From Chrysomallon squamiferum (Eukaryota; Animalia; Mollusca): a stretch of DNA of 64,000 nt. Positions 13,230 through 27,535 of the stretch are shown here, in pieces; within the stretch, counting starts at the first letter, position 1, and every line of letters starts with the position of its first letter. The translations under genes and the position numbers were made by a program. Below the pieces are notes generated by a model. The model searched no databases and was not told the origin of the DNA. It was given only the letters and a program-made list of their open reading frames with translations. Location: positions 25,978,001 to 26,042,000 of the forward strand of contig CM022665.1 in assembly GCA_012295275.1 (NCBI GenBank), read 5' to 3'.

Positions 13230-13600
13230 CAAATATTTAATAAGATTTTTTCCACAAGCTGCAGCAAGACATCTTTTAGTAAGATTTTTTCTACATATTG
13301 TAGCAAGCTATCTTTTGGTAAGACATTTTTACATACAGCAGCAAGGTATCTTTTAGTAAGACTTTTCTAGATAGTGCAGTACGATATCCTTTACTAAGTC
13401 TTTTCTACATACTGCAGCAAGATATCATTTAACAATACTATTCTAAACATTGCATAAAAGGCATCCATATCATGATTTTTCCACATTATGAAACCTTTTA
13501 AAAACACTTCTTTACATGTTGCTGAATGATACCTTTTAAACAAGACCCTTTTGCTGACTGTAGTATTGCAGCATGATATATTTTTTAATAAGACTTTTAC
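13230..13600. repeat. Degenerate ~38-bp minisatellite
   Basis: GCAGCAAGATATCTTTTAGTAAGACTTTTTCTACATA-like units starting near 13260, 13300, 13338, 13376 and 13414. Confidence 0.8.
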
Positions 13601-14899
13601 TAGAAAAACATGTCTGTGCCACTCCAGTCAAAGAATTTTGTTTGAAACAGGTGCTAATTACTCCTATTAAAGCCCAGCAGATCTCAAAGTATATAATAAT
13701 ACCATGGCAACAGAGATCATGGTGGTATTATATTGTGTGTTCAACATCCAAACAGCATTCAATAACATTTGTATTGTATACTTTAAGGCAGCATAAATGT
13801 AGCAATGTGATAATACTGATGCTCTCTAGCTTTTCTAATATATTTAATTATGTATGCAGTGCAGTCCATGTGCAGTCTCTGTTTGCATCTTGAATAGGTT
13901 GGTTTTTAGAACAATGAAAAGCTTTTAATATTATTAAAATGGTACAAGGATAAAACAATAGCGCCTGGAATTAGAATATCTAGTTTCATGTGAGCTGCTG
14001 ATGAAGGAGTATGTGTGAGTATAAAACAGAAATGTACATCAGATTATATACATATACATACACACAGATTTATTTTCAAAATTCAGCTGCATTTGAACAC
14101 TTGTATTATTCTCAGTAATTTAGGAACAACATTTCTCAATCCAGTATTTAAGTTGACTAAAGTACTGAAGTATAAAAAGATATTTAATCCAAAACACAAC
14201 CATATTCAAAGTCATTTCTAAACACTCATTAAAAATGACCTCAAAGATGTCCAAGCTAACAAAGGTAAGTATAATTTTGACTCAGTGAGGCTGCCATTGT
14301 CAACAAGAAACTGAAATAAACAGCTTAGGGAAATATCAGTCTGCCACCATGACCCAGCATAAAACCATGATGACTTGGACAAAGCAGACTGGGGATATGA
14401 GCTGGCATAAATCTCTACTCTCTTCAGAGGATGTCTTTTTGAAAACCAGCAGTAAATATTGTCTTTGATGACAATGGGATTTATGCTTGTAATCAAATCT
14501 GTTAAGATCAAAAGGATCTGTTACAGTTATAGTCATCCAACGTACCTGAATGTATTTATCATGCAGTCAAAGGATATTTTATTTATATAAATCTCTTTAA
14601 TGAATTTAGTGTTATGTTATTCAGTTAAAATGCATGAAAACGATCTCTGGCTCTAATCAAGAAGATTATTTCATAATAAATTATGATGCAGCAGAAATCC
14701 AAAAATCAAGATGAAAACGTTTTTAAAACACACACACTAACACACATACATATACACAACAAATCAATATCATATTAAGTTTATAACCAAAAATTAACCC
14801 AGAACTGCAAGACATCTAACAGAACACCTCTGAGTTATATATGTGAGTTTAATAAACTTTGGTATTTACTATCAGCTATGTAAAAACAGTACACAGGCT

Positions 14900-15200
14900 A
14901 CAATCACAACAACAACACCGGCTGGTATGACAACAAGATAATGGGGGAAACTGCAAGTCTTTTAGACACAACTGATGTTTAAAAGAACTTGCTGATAAAA
15001 AAAGGTTGTTGTGCAGGTTTCGGGTAGAGGAATCAAGCCAGATGTAAAGTTTTAAAAATAAAGTGAACAGCTGCAGATGGCCACACCAGAAGATGAAGAA
15101 CAGCAGCCTGTAAGAGTCTTGTTTAAATGGAACCAGGCAAGTGTTGCTATCAGTGAGAAAAACTCCCAAATCAGAACAACTCCAGTGCCAAACAGCTTGT
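14900..15200 (+). mobile_element. Possible decayed RTE-clade LINE 3' fragment
   Basis: With frameshifts, 15068-15135 reads approximately QL-RW/GHTRR...RVLFKWN, similar to the RTE C-terminal LRWxGHxxR...xVLxW motif. Very degenerate. Confidence 0.3.
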
Positions 15201-16419
15201 TTTAGTGCTTAGTAAACAATTTGTGTTTGCTCTTTCATGGTCACTTCTGGGGAACATTCTGTGTTTTTAAGAATGTGTATGTTAGTGTGTATGTGCATAT
15301 GTGTGTATATGCGAGTGCATGTATGTGTATGTATATGCATCTGTATATGTTTGTAGACATGCATGTATGTTGGTGTATGTCTGTGTACATACATGTGTGT
15401 ATTTATTTATCTGTATATACAGTATATTTACTTTTTATACATATTTATCTGTATATACAGTATATTTACTTTTTATACATAGTATGTGTATATGCATGTA
15501 TATGTATGCATATGTATGTATGTATGTGTGTATGTATGTTTGTATGCATACATACATGTGTGCTTATGTATGTGTGTGTGTACATGTCTTATGGAATGTG
15601 TGTGCATTTATGTTTTATACATTGTGTGTGTATGTTTGTAAAATGGTGGCAATGAAATCTTTTTAACAGTTTTACTTTACTACAAGTGAAGATAAGTAAC
15701 CCAGGACAACAACAACAACAAGGTGGAAGTAAAAATAATGTTTATACATTATTTAATTATAGAGCCACAAATACAAATTAACAAAATGTATTATTAAAAA
15801 TATGCTTAGTCATTCATTAAGTAAAACATTTCCTTCCTAATTTATCAACAGTATATATTTTGCTATTTACCTAATGTATTAATAATATACATTTAGCTAA
15901 TTATCTGATATATTAATAGTCTGCATTCAGCTTTATGTAATAATTATGTTAGATAAATAACAAAATGCCACGAGAAACATATAATATATTTTTGTATGTC
16001 TGAATGTTTCTTATTCATTTTTCTCTCTCTCTGTCTCTTACCTATATATCCCTCTCTCTTTCTTTTGTGTCTCTGTCTGTGTCTGTGCATGAGTAGGAAT
16101 ACATTTTTCTCCAGTAATTAATCCAGTTCATAAATTCCCAGATTTCAAATATTTTCCAAAGCAAAGAAAACAAAATGGCATGAAAAATAAAATACTATAA
16201 CTGATAAACAGGTCCACTTGCAACTATAGAATTATATAGCACAGAACCAGTGTGATAGAATCAGTTCCCTTCATTGCATAATCTATACTATTTCCTATTC
16301 CAGCCAGGATCTCACAACTGACTTATGATTAAACAAAATTCTGTTTAGAAATGACAGAATGAATGGAATGATGTCAAAGAAATAAAAAAATTTAATGCTT
16401 AAGATACAATACAATTACC

Positions 16420-16750
16420 TCAGTGTTTAAAAACACAAACACATAACAGTCACTTTCTTTATAAACACAAACACACAAAAGTGAAGTTCTTTTAAAAACA
16501 CAAGCACACAATAATGAAGTTATTTTTAAAACACAAGCACACAACAGTGAAGTTATTTTAAAAACACAAATACACAACAGTGAAGTTATTTTAAAATCAG
16601 AAGCACACGACAGTGAATTTCATTTAAAATATAAATATAACAGTGAAGTTCTTTTAAAAACACAAGCACAAAACAGTGAAGTTCTTTTAAAAACACAAGC
16701 ACAAAACATTGAAGTTCTTTTAAAAACACAAGCATATAAGATAACGAAGT
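16420..16750. repeat. 33-bp minisatellite, about 10 copies
   Basis: Unit GAAGTTCTTTTAAAAACACAAGCACAAAACAGT (e.g. starts at 16678 and 16711). Confidence 0.92.
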
Positions 16751-17756
16751 TGGGTTGCTAATGGAGTCTTTTAGGTGACAGTATTGATTATGCGAGAGGA
16801 AGCAGATAGCTATCTATATTTACAGCAGAACTGTTAACTAATTCAGCTGCATGCACAGAAAGTACATTGTCTCTGAACTACACAGTATTTTTCAATTCCA
16901 GCTGACTACAATATGATGCCATGAAGTGCATTTAATGTCAGGGAATCTTGCATTATGTTTTTATATTGATCCTGCATACACCTATAGGCTATGTACATTT
17001 TTATTCATGTATTAATCAATATGTTTGAATATAGAAAGTGCAAGTCAATTTTTCAAAAGCAATTTTTACTAAATGAAGAGTAATGTTTTTCAGGATATAT
17101 GTACATGTATTATTATTCAACAATGGGCAAAGGAATAGTCTATGTAATATGAAGGCATGAATGGATTTTCATAAAAGAAAACAGTATAATCTATCTGCAG
17201 CTGTTGGAATCTAATATTTATTGTCTAATTTGTTTTCAATGGGGTTAGATGGTCACAGCTGCTTTCCACAGACATTTCATGTAGCTTTTTCCCAATCCAA
17301 CCAGTGGTCTATGAAATGCCATAACATGCACTTTTCATACTTGGCGAAATTACTAGCTTCAAAAGGGTTAAATTATCCTTTCATGGTGAAGACAGTGAAT
17401 ATGATAACCTTTCAACTTACCATTTTGAAATGTACTGTTTAATCTCTAATTGCTGCTAGCATAAAATATGTCCAGAGGTTAATAAACAAACATTCATTGT
17501 TTCTTTTATGTTGTACTCAGTTACATAAAGTGATCTCATAATACTGAACTTAAGTCTAATAGAAACCATGGTATTATATTATAAAGGAATTCAGTACCTG
17601 GGTTATGTACAGTACTGATAAGTTAATACTGAAGAGTTGGTTCTTATGAGTTGCTGTCCCTGTGGGCTTATTTGCTTGTTTGCTTTGAGGGTAGCATCAG
17701 TTTTCATGACCCTCAGGTCTTTTTTTATTTTTTTATTATTATTTTTTTTATCTTAC

Positions 17757-17853
17757 CTGTAAAGACACTTGGAACTTTGGTCATAAAGCTTTTTACAGTT
17801 CTGACAGGAACTCCTGTGTACTCATCCTGCATCCGATCAATGATAGACTCCAT
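17757..17853 (-). CDS. RGS7: Second coding exon of the RGS7/EGL-10-like gene, N-terminal part of the DEP domain
   Basis: 97-bp exon bounded by tttcag|ATG and ACAG|gtaaga. It encodes [32 protein letters not shown] plus one base of Gly, closely matching human RGS7 [33 protein letters not shown] (recalled), with the same phase 0/phase 1 boundaries. Confidence 0.95.
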
Positions 17854-18239
17854 CTGAAACACCAACAACAACAACATCATCAAAATTGTTATTACATTAT
17901 AAATCACCTTGTTAAATGATAGTAAAGTGACTGCTGTTACCTCATCATCATATTATTATTATTTTTATTAGTATCGTCATCATCTATAGTATTATGTCTG
18001 CAAAGACAAAGTAATTATCACCATCATCATCATCGTCATCTTTACTGTTATTTGAATATTATCATGTTCTCTTAGAGATTTATTTGTCTACATAATAATG
18101 AATGTTAAGTTGGTTTCTTCATGATTTCTTTATTGGTGTTTTGTTTACAAACATTGATTTTCATAACACACTTTTATCTGAAAAATACCATGTATGTCTA
18201 TGTGTCAGAGTGCTTGTCTCACTTACACTAATGACAGAG

Positions 18240-18540
18240 ACAGTGTCACAGAAATGAAAATGTCTCTAAAAATGATGACATGGAGAACTGCACATTTCAC
18301 TTAAAAGTGAGACTAATACACAAACATCACTTAAAATAATAAATAACAAAAGGATCAGTGACATGAAAATTCATGTTACCCTTAAAATGATGCCAATGTC
18401 ACAATTCTATGCATCTCTTAAAATGATACCACTTGTCACAAATCTACGGATGTCACTTAAAAATGATGCCATTGTCACATTTCAACATCGCTTATAATGA
18501 TGCTATTGTCACAGATCTACATGTCACTTAAAATGGCGAC
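18240..18540. repeat. Degenerate ~38-bp minisatellite
   Basis: AAATGATGCCATTGTCACA.ATCTACATGTCACTTAA-like units. Confidence 0.8.
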
Positions 18541-19159
18541 AGAGTGGAGAGTGTCAAAGAACAGCATGTGATACTTGAAGCAATGATGGTCTTTCAGTTA
18601 CCACCATAGTGGGAAATATGGTAGCAAACACAGTCCATGTGATTCCAATCAATTCTTATCAGGTTATTAAATCTGAAATTACACTTGTATAATTCACAAT
18701 GCAATATGCCACTGCTCAGTGCTGTTATTGCATGATTGTGTCATTAAATTAAATACTTCATGAGCACAGGCAATCACATCATGACAAACATGCTCTGTGT
18801 ACAAGTCAATCAGACTAATTTCTTAGTAACCAATGGAATTAAAACTTAATAACATTTTTATCAGTTACATGGGATTGTTAATGTATCAGTCATTTTTAAA
18901 AAAAAATTAATTATATCTGATTAAAGTTTAAGAAAAGCTGGAAAGAAATATAACCAAATAATAATAATAATAATGATGATAATAAAAATAATAATAATAA
19001 AAAATTAATAACTGCAATAATAACTACTAATAATAATAAATAGCAAATAATAATAACATTAATACTATTAATAATAATTATTATTTTTAATGTATTTTTT
19101 ATCCAGTGCATCTGGCAAACAGACTGAGAATATTTTTGAAATACATATAATATATATAC

Positions 19160-19290
19160 TGTATTTAGCCATTCATACTACACTGAACAAAGCCATTCTT
19201 ACTAAACTGTACAAAAACATTCATAACCCACTGTACAAAACTATTCATACTACACTGTACCCAGCCATTCACACTATACTCTTTAAAGCT
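19160..19290. repeat. 24-bp minisatellite, about 5 copies
   Basis: CCATTCATACTACACTGTACAAAG-like units. Confidence 0.8.
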
Positions 19291-20436
19291 GCCATGAATG
19301 CAAAACATGTTTAAATTCTTTTCTTTTAACTCCATATTTATATAACTTTGTCATAATTTGCAGTTCTGTGAAAAGAATACTGAACTCAGTTTTTCATCTA
19401 TTTACAATTTTATCATATTGAAATTTGTACGCAGTATTACTGAGAATCTGATTTTTATTGAAAATACATATTAAGCAAATATGGTTTCAGAAATATTTTA
19501 GTACAAAAAATAATTTATGTTGTACCATCATTCACTGCTTTGAACCAAGAATCTGATTTTTACATACATTAACAGAATTTCTTTTTCAACTTTGAAAATT
19601 AATCTTCAGGAATATGTAATTTCAGAAATTTTTAGAATAAAAGATATATATTATATCATCTGTCACTCAATTTAACTGAAAAGAAGATAGTCAGTATGCA
19701 GACAAAAAAAGAAAAAAAGAAAAAAAAGAAGATTTTTGAAACATCACTTTTTATAGATCTTGTTTTTCTTTCCCCAGCAAAATTGTGTTTATCTATATCT
19801 GAAGTAAATGGCTGACATGCTTATTTACATATGCCTTTTACTTTTAAGTGGATTCCAAGCATTCTGGGATTGCTATCAGCATCTGGTCATAGAGTAACTT
19901 TACACAAATAAATAAAACACTTTAAACCATAAACACAATGTATAACTGTTTGGACAGTTAAGTTTATGTTTTTCAAATTGGTTTCTGTTGAAGATAGGTT
20001 CTTTTTCCTGTACAGATGATTCAGAAGAATGTAGTACCATATCATTTCATTTTGCATTTTTCTTACAAAAAGAAAACAGCTGCATATTTATTATCAAAAG
20101 ACAGGAATAAATTTTCAGAGAATGTAACATTATCAAAGAGAAATATATACTTTTTCCAGGAGATATATTTTGACAGAATTTAAATATCTGTATTATTTAC
20201 AAATTATGGCTCTGGTTCAGTTTAGAAAACGTTCCTGGAACACCCATGTTATACATATTGAATTGGAACAAACACTTTACCAGTTAAGAAAATATATTGA
20301 TTTGTGTTAATAGTTGGATGCAGAACATATCATTCCTTATTTTTTACATTATTGTTATAATATACTTCTATAAATATGTGTGTACAGACATGTAGGTTTG
20401 TGTGAGTGTGTGTGTATATATATATATATATATATG

Positions 20437-20474
<38 letters not shown>

Positions 20475-23194
20475 GGTGCATGTATGCATGTATGTATGTG
20501 TGTGTGTGTGTGTAAATAAATAAATGTATAGCATATGGAATTTCAGATTCAAGATTTAGTTCGTCTTTGAAGCTATAATTATTCTTCAGAAAATTCAAGC
20601 ACATAATGTAATATCAGTATGATCACACTTCTGTAAAATACAGTCCAGTGACATGACCATTTTCTCTAGCAAGGCCAGCAATAATATTTTTTTATTTACA
20701 AAGGTCAAATAAGGTCAACTAAGAACAGAGAACAAAGTAATTTTCACCTTGCAAATCTTATAAGACCTTTATAAAGACAATGGTTGCTGCCTTGCAAATA
20801 ATACCTTTATTTTATAATCATACATTTTGGACAAGTGGACATTTAGATTTTGACCAGTCAAGGCCGAGAGGAATGAGTTTATAATGGACACTATGGTTAA
20901 CCTAATGAAGAATGGTGGAGGTAGGCAATGTATAAATGAAAGCATGGATTTCCTTTATAGATTTCCATTATACCATGACCTCTAAGAATGACCTTATAAC
21001 TAATCTGCTTGGTATGAGATAAACAAGTTTTGTATTCATTAATGTACCACTAATAAGGTGGAGTTTTGATGCACATTCTTTGTTACAGAACATGTATGTA
21101 AATCACTGGAAGAAAAATTTGAAGTCTAACTTTAACAATCTGTTAGCAAAATATGTTGCTGGAATAAAATGGTCATTATATAATTATTTAACAATATATT
21201 TTAGATTCTTATATCCAGAGCTGATTATTTGAGATATATTAAATTTTGTTGTGCTGTTAAAATACTGAGATGGAGCTTGTAGAAACAACAGTGGAAGTTA
21301 ATATAACCAAATTTAATTTCTTATTCTAAAAGCTTTTGTAGGAAAGAAACGGACAGTACATATTTAAAAACAAAAATGTACTGAATATATTAAATCTTCT
21401 TTGTACAGATACTGTTATTTTATTTTATTTTAACATATTGTCAAATTTTAATGTTTTCTTTTCTAAATTTTATCATTATAATTTTTGTTATAAATATATG
21501 TTGGAAAGAGAATTATCTGAATTTATGGGGTATTCCAAAATGGCAGATGGTTGTTACATATTTAGTTAAGAATTTATTTTGATTACATTCATTGTTCTTT
21601 ACATTAATTAATTAATTTTATTTATTTATGCTATTTTATTTTCTGTTTCTTGGTTAGAATATCAATATGGAGTTTGTAAATCAATGGTGGAAATTACGTT
21701 ATCTAAATTTAATATCTATTAAAGAAATACTACATGCATAAAATTATCATTACATTATTATTTAAGAATATATTTAGACTGTATCCATTTATCACTGTTT
21801 GTGATAAAACTGAGCTCTGAATTTAATTTTTTTTTTAAATATTTGTTTTGTTTTTGTTGTTAAAATTGTGTTTCGGCACTTAGAATTTATATCTGATTTG
21901 AAATACATTTTTTTGCAACTGAAATATGAGATAAATAATAAAAACACATATTTTTGTTCACTTGTATGAACGGGCTTTAAAAAGATATAAACTGATGGCA
22001 AATCTCCAACAACAGACTTATTATCTTTTTTCTGATACACTACTCTGTCATACTTTAAACTAGAGTAAAATATATAGGTATTTTTTCAATATACCTTGGT
22101 GTATGGTAAATAAATGCTTTGTATTTCAGGCTGCTGTTGCTTTTTGATTTGTGTATGCTATGCATTTTTGACAGACACACAGAGAAATTTACAGGCATGA
22201 TACAGTTTTACACACATATACATTTATACTCATATATACACATACACATTCATTTCTAAATTTGTACATATATACACACAAACACAAACACAAGCAGAAT
22301 CAGATACATACACAGACACATTTGTCAGAACTGCTGAGGACAGAGGATGATTTTCTACCACAAATCACTGAACTATTTGAAATAAATACAAAACATTACA
22401 AATATAATATTTATTTTGCACTGCCATAAATACTCACTACCACAGCAAAGGCAAATACAAATTAAGCTCAAAACTCAACAGAAAAAAAAGCAAATAAACT
22501 AACTATAACCAATTCAGAATTCATTGATTTAAATATAATAAAAATCTGGCAGAATCACATCTTTTATGGCTTCACCCAAAGAAATGGTGCCATAATTTTT
22601 CCTCACTATGTTGCTTTATCCCATGGTTAACTTGTTCTGATATCATGCCAAGAACAAGAAATTCATGACCTAAGTTCTTGACCTGTTTTCACTAAGTGTT
22701 CAATTTACTTTGATTGCAGGCAATTCTGCTTACTGGAGGGAAGCAATGACCATAGATCTTGCATTTCAGGAGACATAAAGTGCAGTGATGCTGAAATCTG
22801 GCAGTTTGTATAGATTCAGAAGGAGAAGAAAATGCAGTCATCATTTCATAATAAATACAAGAGCAGGATTAAAGGCCATGCAATGTAGTCATTACGCTCT
22901 GACTCTAACAATGACATAACTTTTCTTTATTTCTTTCTTCACTTTTTATTATTACATTTTTCTTCATTTTTTCCTTCTTTTTTTTAATTATTATTATATT
23001 TTTGTTTTGGTTCCCAAAGTTCTTCAGGGTTTTGGCATCTCTGGAAAACAAGTGATGATTATTATATTCATGCTACAATAATAATGAATTTATTTAGAAA
23101 GAAGGAAAGACGTAGCATGAATAGAAACTATTGATCAGAAATAAATACAAATTAAAAATATCTCAAATACAGTTTATTGTGGTTATGGTTTAGG

Positions 23195-23410
23195 TTTCAA
23201 GCCTAGGGTATGAAAGATCATAGGATCAATCCTTATTAGCATTACCTTTCATCCATATCTCATTTCACCCTGTGCCCCATGTCTGGTTTTCCAAAACCCA
23301 TGATATTTCCTTTCCTGTATATAGGAAGGTGCAGATACAAAATGCCTTGCAGCTATTAGAAAAAGAGTGGCCCATCACATGTTTACTGTGTGTTTCTTCT
23401 TTCATTATCT
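23195..23410 (+). mobile_element. Degenerate SINE copy (same family), plus strand
   Basis: B-box-like GGATCAATCC, then TCCTGTATATAGGAAGGTGCAGATACAAAATGCCTTGCAGCTATTAGAAAAAGAGTGGCCCAT, collinear with the reverse complement of the 5.4-kb fragment. Confidence 0.65.
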
Positions 23411-26400
23411 GTGTAACTGTATTTTTATATATTAGAGTTATGGTATAATTAATTAAATGACCCAGTACAATATAATGATTAACAGTGATAAAAGTTTTAA
23501 ACTGATGACAAGGATATGTAATACAGATTGAAATTTAAATATTGTAACTTATGGAATTTATAAATAAATGTATATGTAAGGTTTCCATAAAATCACTGAT
23601 ATCTAAAATTACTTTATACTAATATTAAACATTTAAAAATCTAGAAGATCGATGTTATAATTAAAGTTATACATTTTTAAAATTTATAGTAATTTATATG
23701 AGTTTGTATATACATCTGTACACAATTCCTTTCAGTTCTAATTAAAAATCTCACCTAGTCATAAATTTGTTGACTTTAATTTTTTTTTTCTTCCAGTAAA
23801 TACTGTGGAGTGCATGAAAAACAACATTCTTTGCTGAGATAATTAACACCACTTGTAGTCATTTACTTTATTTCAGATGACTGACAAAGGTAAATACTGA
23901 TGCACCAAGTTATGGCTTCAATAAAATGAAACTTACTGCACTATTTCCTGCCAAGTATCTGGATATGCTGATGTGACTTTAACTAGTTGAATTATTTCAC
24001 AGTTTTGTTGGCCATTAATAGTGATATATCCTGATGAAAATTTATTTTGAAGGATATTATAAATGTAGAGACTTTTGTGTGTGTGTGTGTGCGTGTGTGT
24101 GTGTGTGTGTGTGTTTTCTCTCTCACACATCAGTATTAACATTGTTGTTACAATTAATACTATCAATGCTGTCATTCTTATTATTATTATTATTATTATT
24201 ACAGTTATCATAATTTTGATAATATTTAAAACCTTAAGAAAGTAAAAACATATTTAAGATTTTAATGATGTTGAAAGTCATAATACTCTATGTTAAACCA
24301 AATTAGTTAGGAACAAATATAAAGAAATGTGTTGTTTATGATCCCTTAATGAAAGTGTAAAATTCTCTTCTCCTCTTAACAGTTATTGTGTGTCAGTTAT
24401 GGGCTGCAATTAACAGAACAAAATAAAATAAATGAAGGCTTTGAATACTTATAGTCGTCCCTCAACCTCTTCTGCCTCTGTATTGTGTGTGTGTGTTAAA
24501 TTTTTTAAGGTTACAGATGAATAATGATAAATTAAATGAAATGTATAGTATTCATATTTCAAAAAAATCTTATAAAAGGACATTAAAATATAATGTATAT
24601 TTAAAATTGGTTTTGGAATAATGAATTATATTTAACTATAATATATAAAACAAATAAACAAACAAATAAATAAATAAATAAATAAACAAATAAATAAATA
24701 TTAAATAAATAAATAAATACACAACTGCAGAAAATCTATAGTCCACCAACATATTTAAAATTAACAAAAAAACAAAAACAAGAAAAAAAATTGTTACAAC
24801 TGGAATTTTTTTAATAAGGTTATGAATGAACCAATAAACAAACAAATAAAAAACCAAACTAATAAAAATTGATATCAGTTAATTTGGGGAAATTTGCTTC
24901 CAGACAAAATGATCAAAACCAAAACGAAACTTTGGCATCATTCATTATTAATTTTTCTACTTTACTGCCTACTGACTTCTGTTTAGCATTTCAGATCTAG
25001 TTTCTAATTTTGTATCATATTTTTAATGAGCCGAGCAATTTTATTTCCAGGAGGACATAAAGTAGTAGTAAATAAAGAAGATTTGAAAGAAAAAAGATGA
25101 TCAAAAGATGGTAAAAATAGTTCTTCTTTTAACCTTAATTTCAAAGATATCATCATTATCATCATCATCATCACCACCACCATCATAATCATCATCATTA
25201 TCACTATCACCGTCATCATCATCATCATCACCATTACTACCACTATTGTTATCATCATCATTATTATTATCGTTATTATTATCATCATCATCATTACTGC
25301 TATTACTATTATTATTATTATTTAGAGACAGCAAAGTTAGAGCTGCCAATATCTTCATTATAGTATTCACAAATCAAGCATCAAGGTATGCATGCACTGA
25401 GAAAAATCAATGGCTTCTGTTTCCAGTGTATAGTAAGATGCTGTGTATAATATATCTTAAATACACAAACAAAATAAATTACATCAAAAATTATTTTCAG
25501 CGTTAGTAAATAAAATTATGAAATATCTGTGAAGTATTTTTAACTTTGTTGACAGAGGTGCATTTATCAATTCCTTTTAATTTCTTTTTTTTTTTAACAT
25601 GTCTAGTCATGCATAGGCCTTCTTTTTTTTTTCTTTTTTTTCTTTTTTTATAGATTTTTATAATATGTTAAATATAAGGTTTGATATACATTTCAGTTGC
25701 ACCTAAGTATATTAATACTTGTTACTTTAAAATAAGTAACATAGCTGCCGTGATTCTTGTTTTGTGTGTATACATTTATTATAAAAATATTTTGTGAGGA
25801 ATGATTGTTTTTCGGGATAAGATAATTAGTTATTATTATTATTATTATTGCCACAGATGTTATAACACTTATGTTGTTGTAAATACTGCTGTTATTAATA
25901 TTATTATTGAATATCATCATTTTTTATTTCTTTTGGTATTATTGAAATTATTATTTGTTATTACTATTGATTTTATTGTTATCATCATTATTGCTACTAC
26001 TGTTATTTTATTGTTAATATTACAGCTAGTATTATTGTTAATAGTGTTGTTGTTATAATAGTTTTGTTGTTGTAAATACTGCTATTATTATTTATCTTGC
26101 TAATATTATTGTTACTATTACTGCCATCAATATTTTTTATTCCTTTTATTATTATTATAATAATTATTTTATTATTATAATCCTTATTGTTGTTACTATT
26201 ATTATTTTGTTGTTAATATTACAGCTGTTATCATTATTATTGCTTCAAGCAAGTTTGTCATGGGACGGTTTTTGACCATGTCTATGAAATTCTCCTTTTT
26301 GTATAATATAAGTCTCTATTTATTTTAAAATTATACAGCTGAATGTAAACTATGCAGTCATAGTAATTTACTGCATTTAATATAGGCATTTCATAATGAC

Positions 26401-26639
26401 TATATTTACTCATCATCTTTTTATTAAAAAAAAGTCTCTTTACCATGTTATAATGAAATGGTAGACATCATAACCCTTTAATTTTCTGACTGACCCAGTC
26501 GAATTTCAAAACTTATGAGAGTGTTGTTCATTCAATTTCTGTCAAACATTTATTAAATTTTATTATATAGGTAGCTGGTATTGGGAGCTAATGGGGTCAG
26601 ACACAAGAGATTCATTTTCTGAAGGAGTCAAAGTTGTAT

Positions 26640-27278
26640 GGATCTTGTAAGAACTTTTCATATTGGAAGAGACTGTTTGACAGTCTATATGACATTTTCT
26701 AAGAACCACTGATTACGTTTGTTTATATCTGATATCTTGCAATAGTCAAGACATTTTATTACTCAGGATAATATATGGGATCAGTGTAGAAAATATATTT
26801 CTAAGGAACACTGGTTATCTTTGATCACTGCTTCTGTTACTGTAACTGAACAGGATGTTGTCTTTCATCCACTGAAATCCTTGTTTTTTGACAATATTTG
26901 GCAGTCATTCTACACAACATTTTCTAAGAAACTAACAAACACTTTATATTTCATTATAACAAATATATTGTATTCTTGATGATAATGTCTGTGATCAATA
27001 TGCACAGCATTCTTTAACAAATATAGGATACCTCTGATTATGTCTGATAGCTAAGATCTTCAGTTTTATTAGGAGAAAATTTATGGGATCATCTACAAAA
27101 GATTATCTAAGGAATATGGTTACATTTGGTTACCTCTGAAATCTGAAACTTTTTAGTCACTGAGGACAATATATAGAAGTCAGTATATGTAACTTTCCTC
27201 AACAAACATTGGCTATATTTGGTTGCATGTGAAATCTAAGACATCTGTCCTTGAGGACAATATATAAATATACATATA

Positions 27279-27328
<50 letters not shown>

Positions 27329-27535
27329 GATCAGTTATGTAACAGTATTTAAGACAAAATGGCTACGTTTGGATGCAAATGAAGTCTAAGACATTTGGTT
27401 CTTCAGGACAATATACAAGGGTCAATATAATTATTTAAAACAAGTTACATTTGACAAAATCTAAATTCTAATACCTTTACTTGGGGGTAAACATATGCAA
27501 CATTCTCCAAGAAACACTGGTTGTATTTGATGATG
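26640..27535. repeat. Old ~90-120-bp tandem repeat interrupted by a (TA)n run
   Basis: ACATTTTCTAAGRAACACTGGTTAC...TCTAAGAC...GAGGACAATATAT recurs about 8 times; (TA)n at about 27282-27324. Confidence 0.75.

Larger units (their letters stand above)
1..17756 (-). other. Next RGS intron (phase 1), apparently running off the left edge of the window
   Basis: Donor GTAAGA at 17756. I did not find the expected short next exon (G-x-D-L/I-x-x-W-L/M-x-K-N-L-like) by eye in 1-17756; a small exon could have been missed. Confidence 0.6.
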
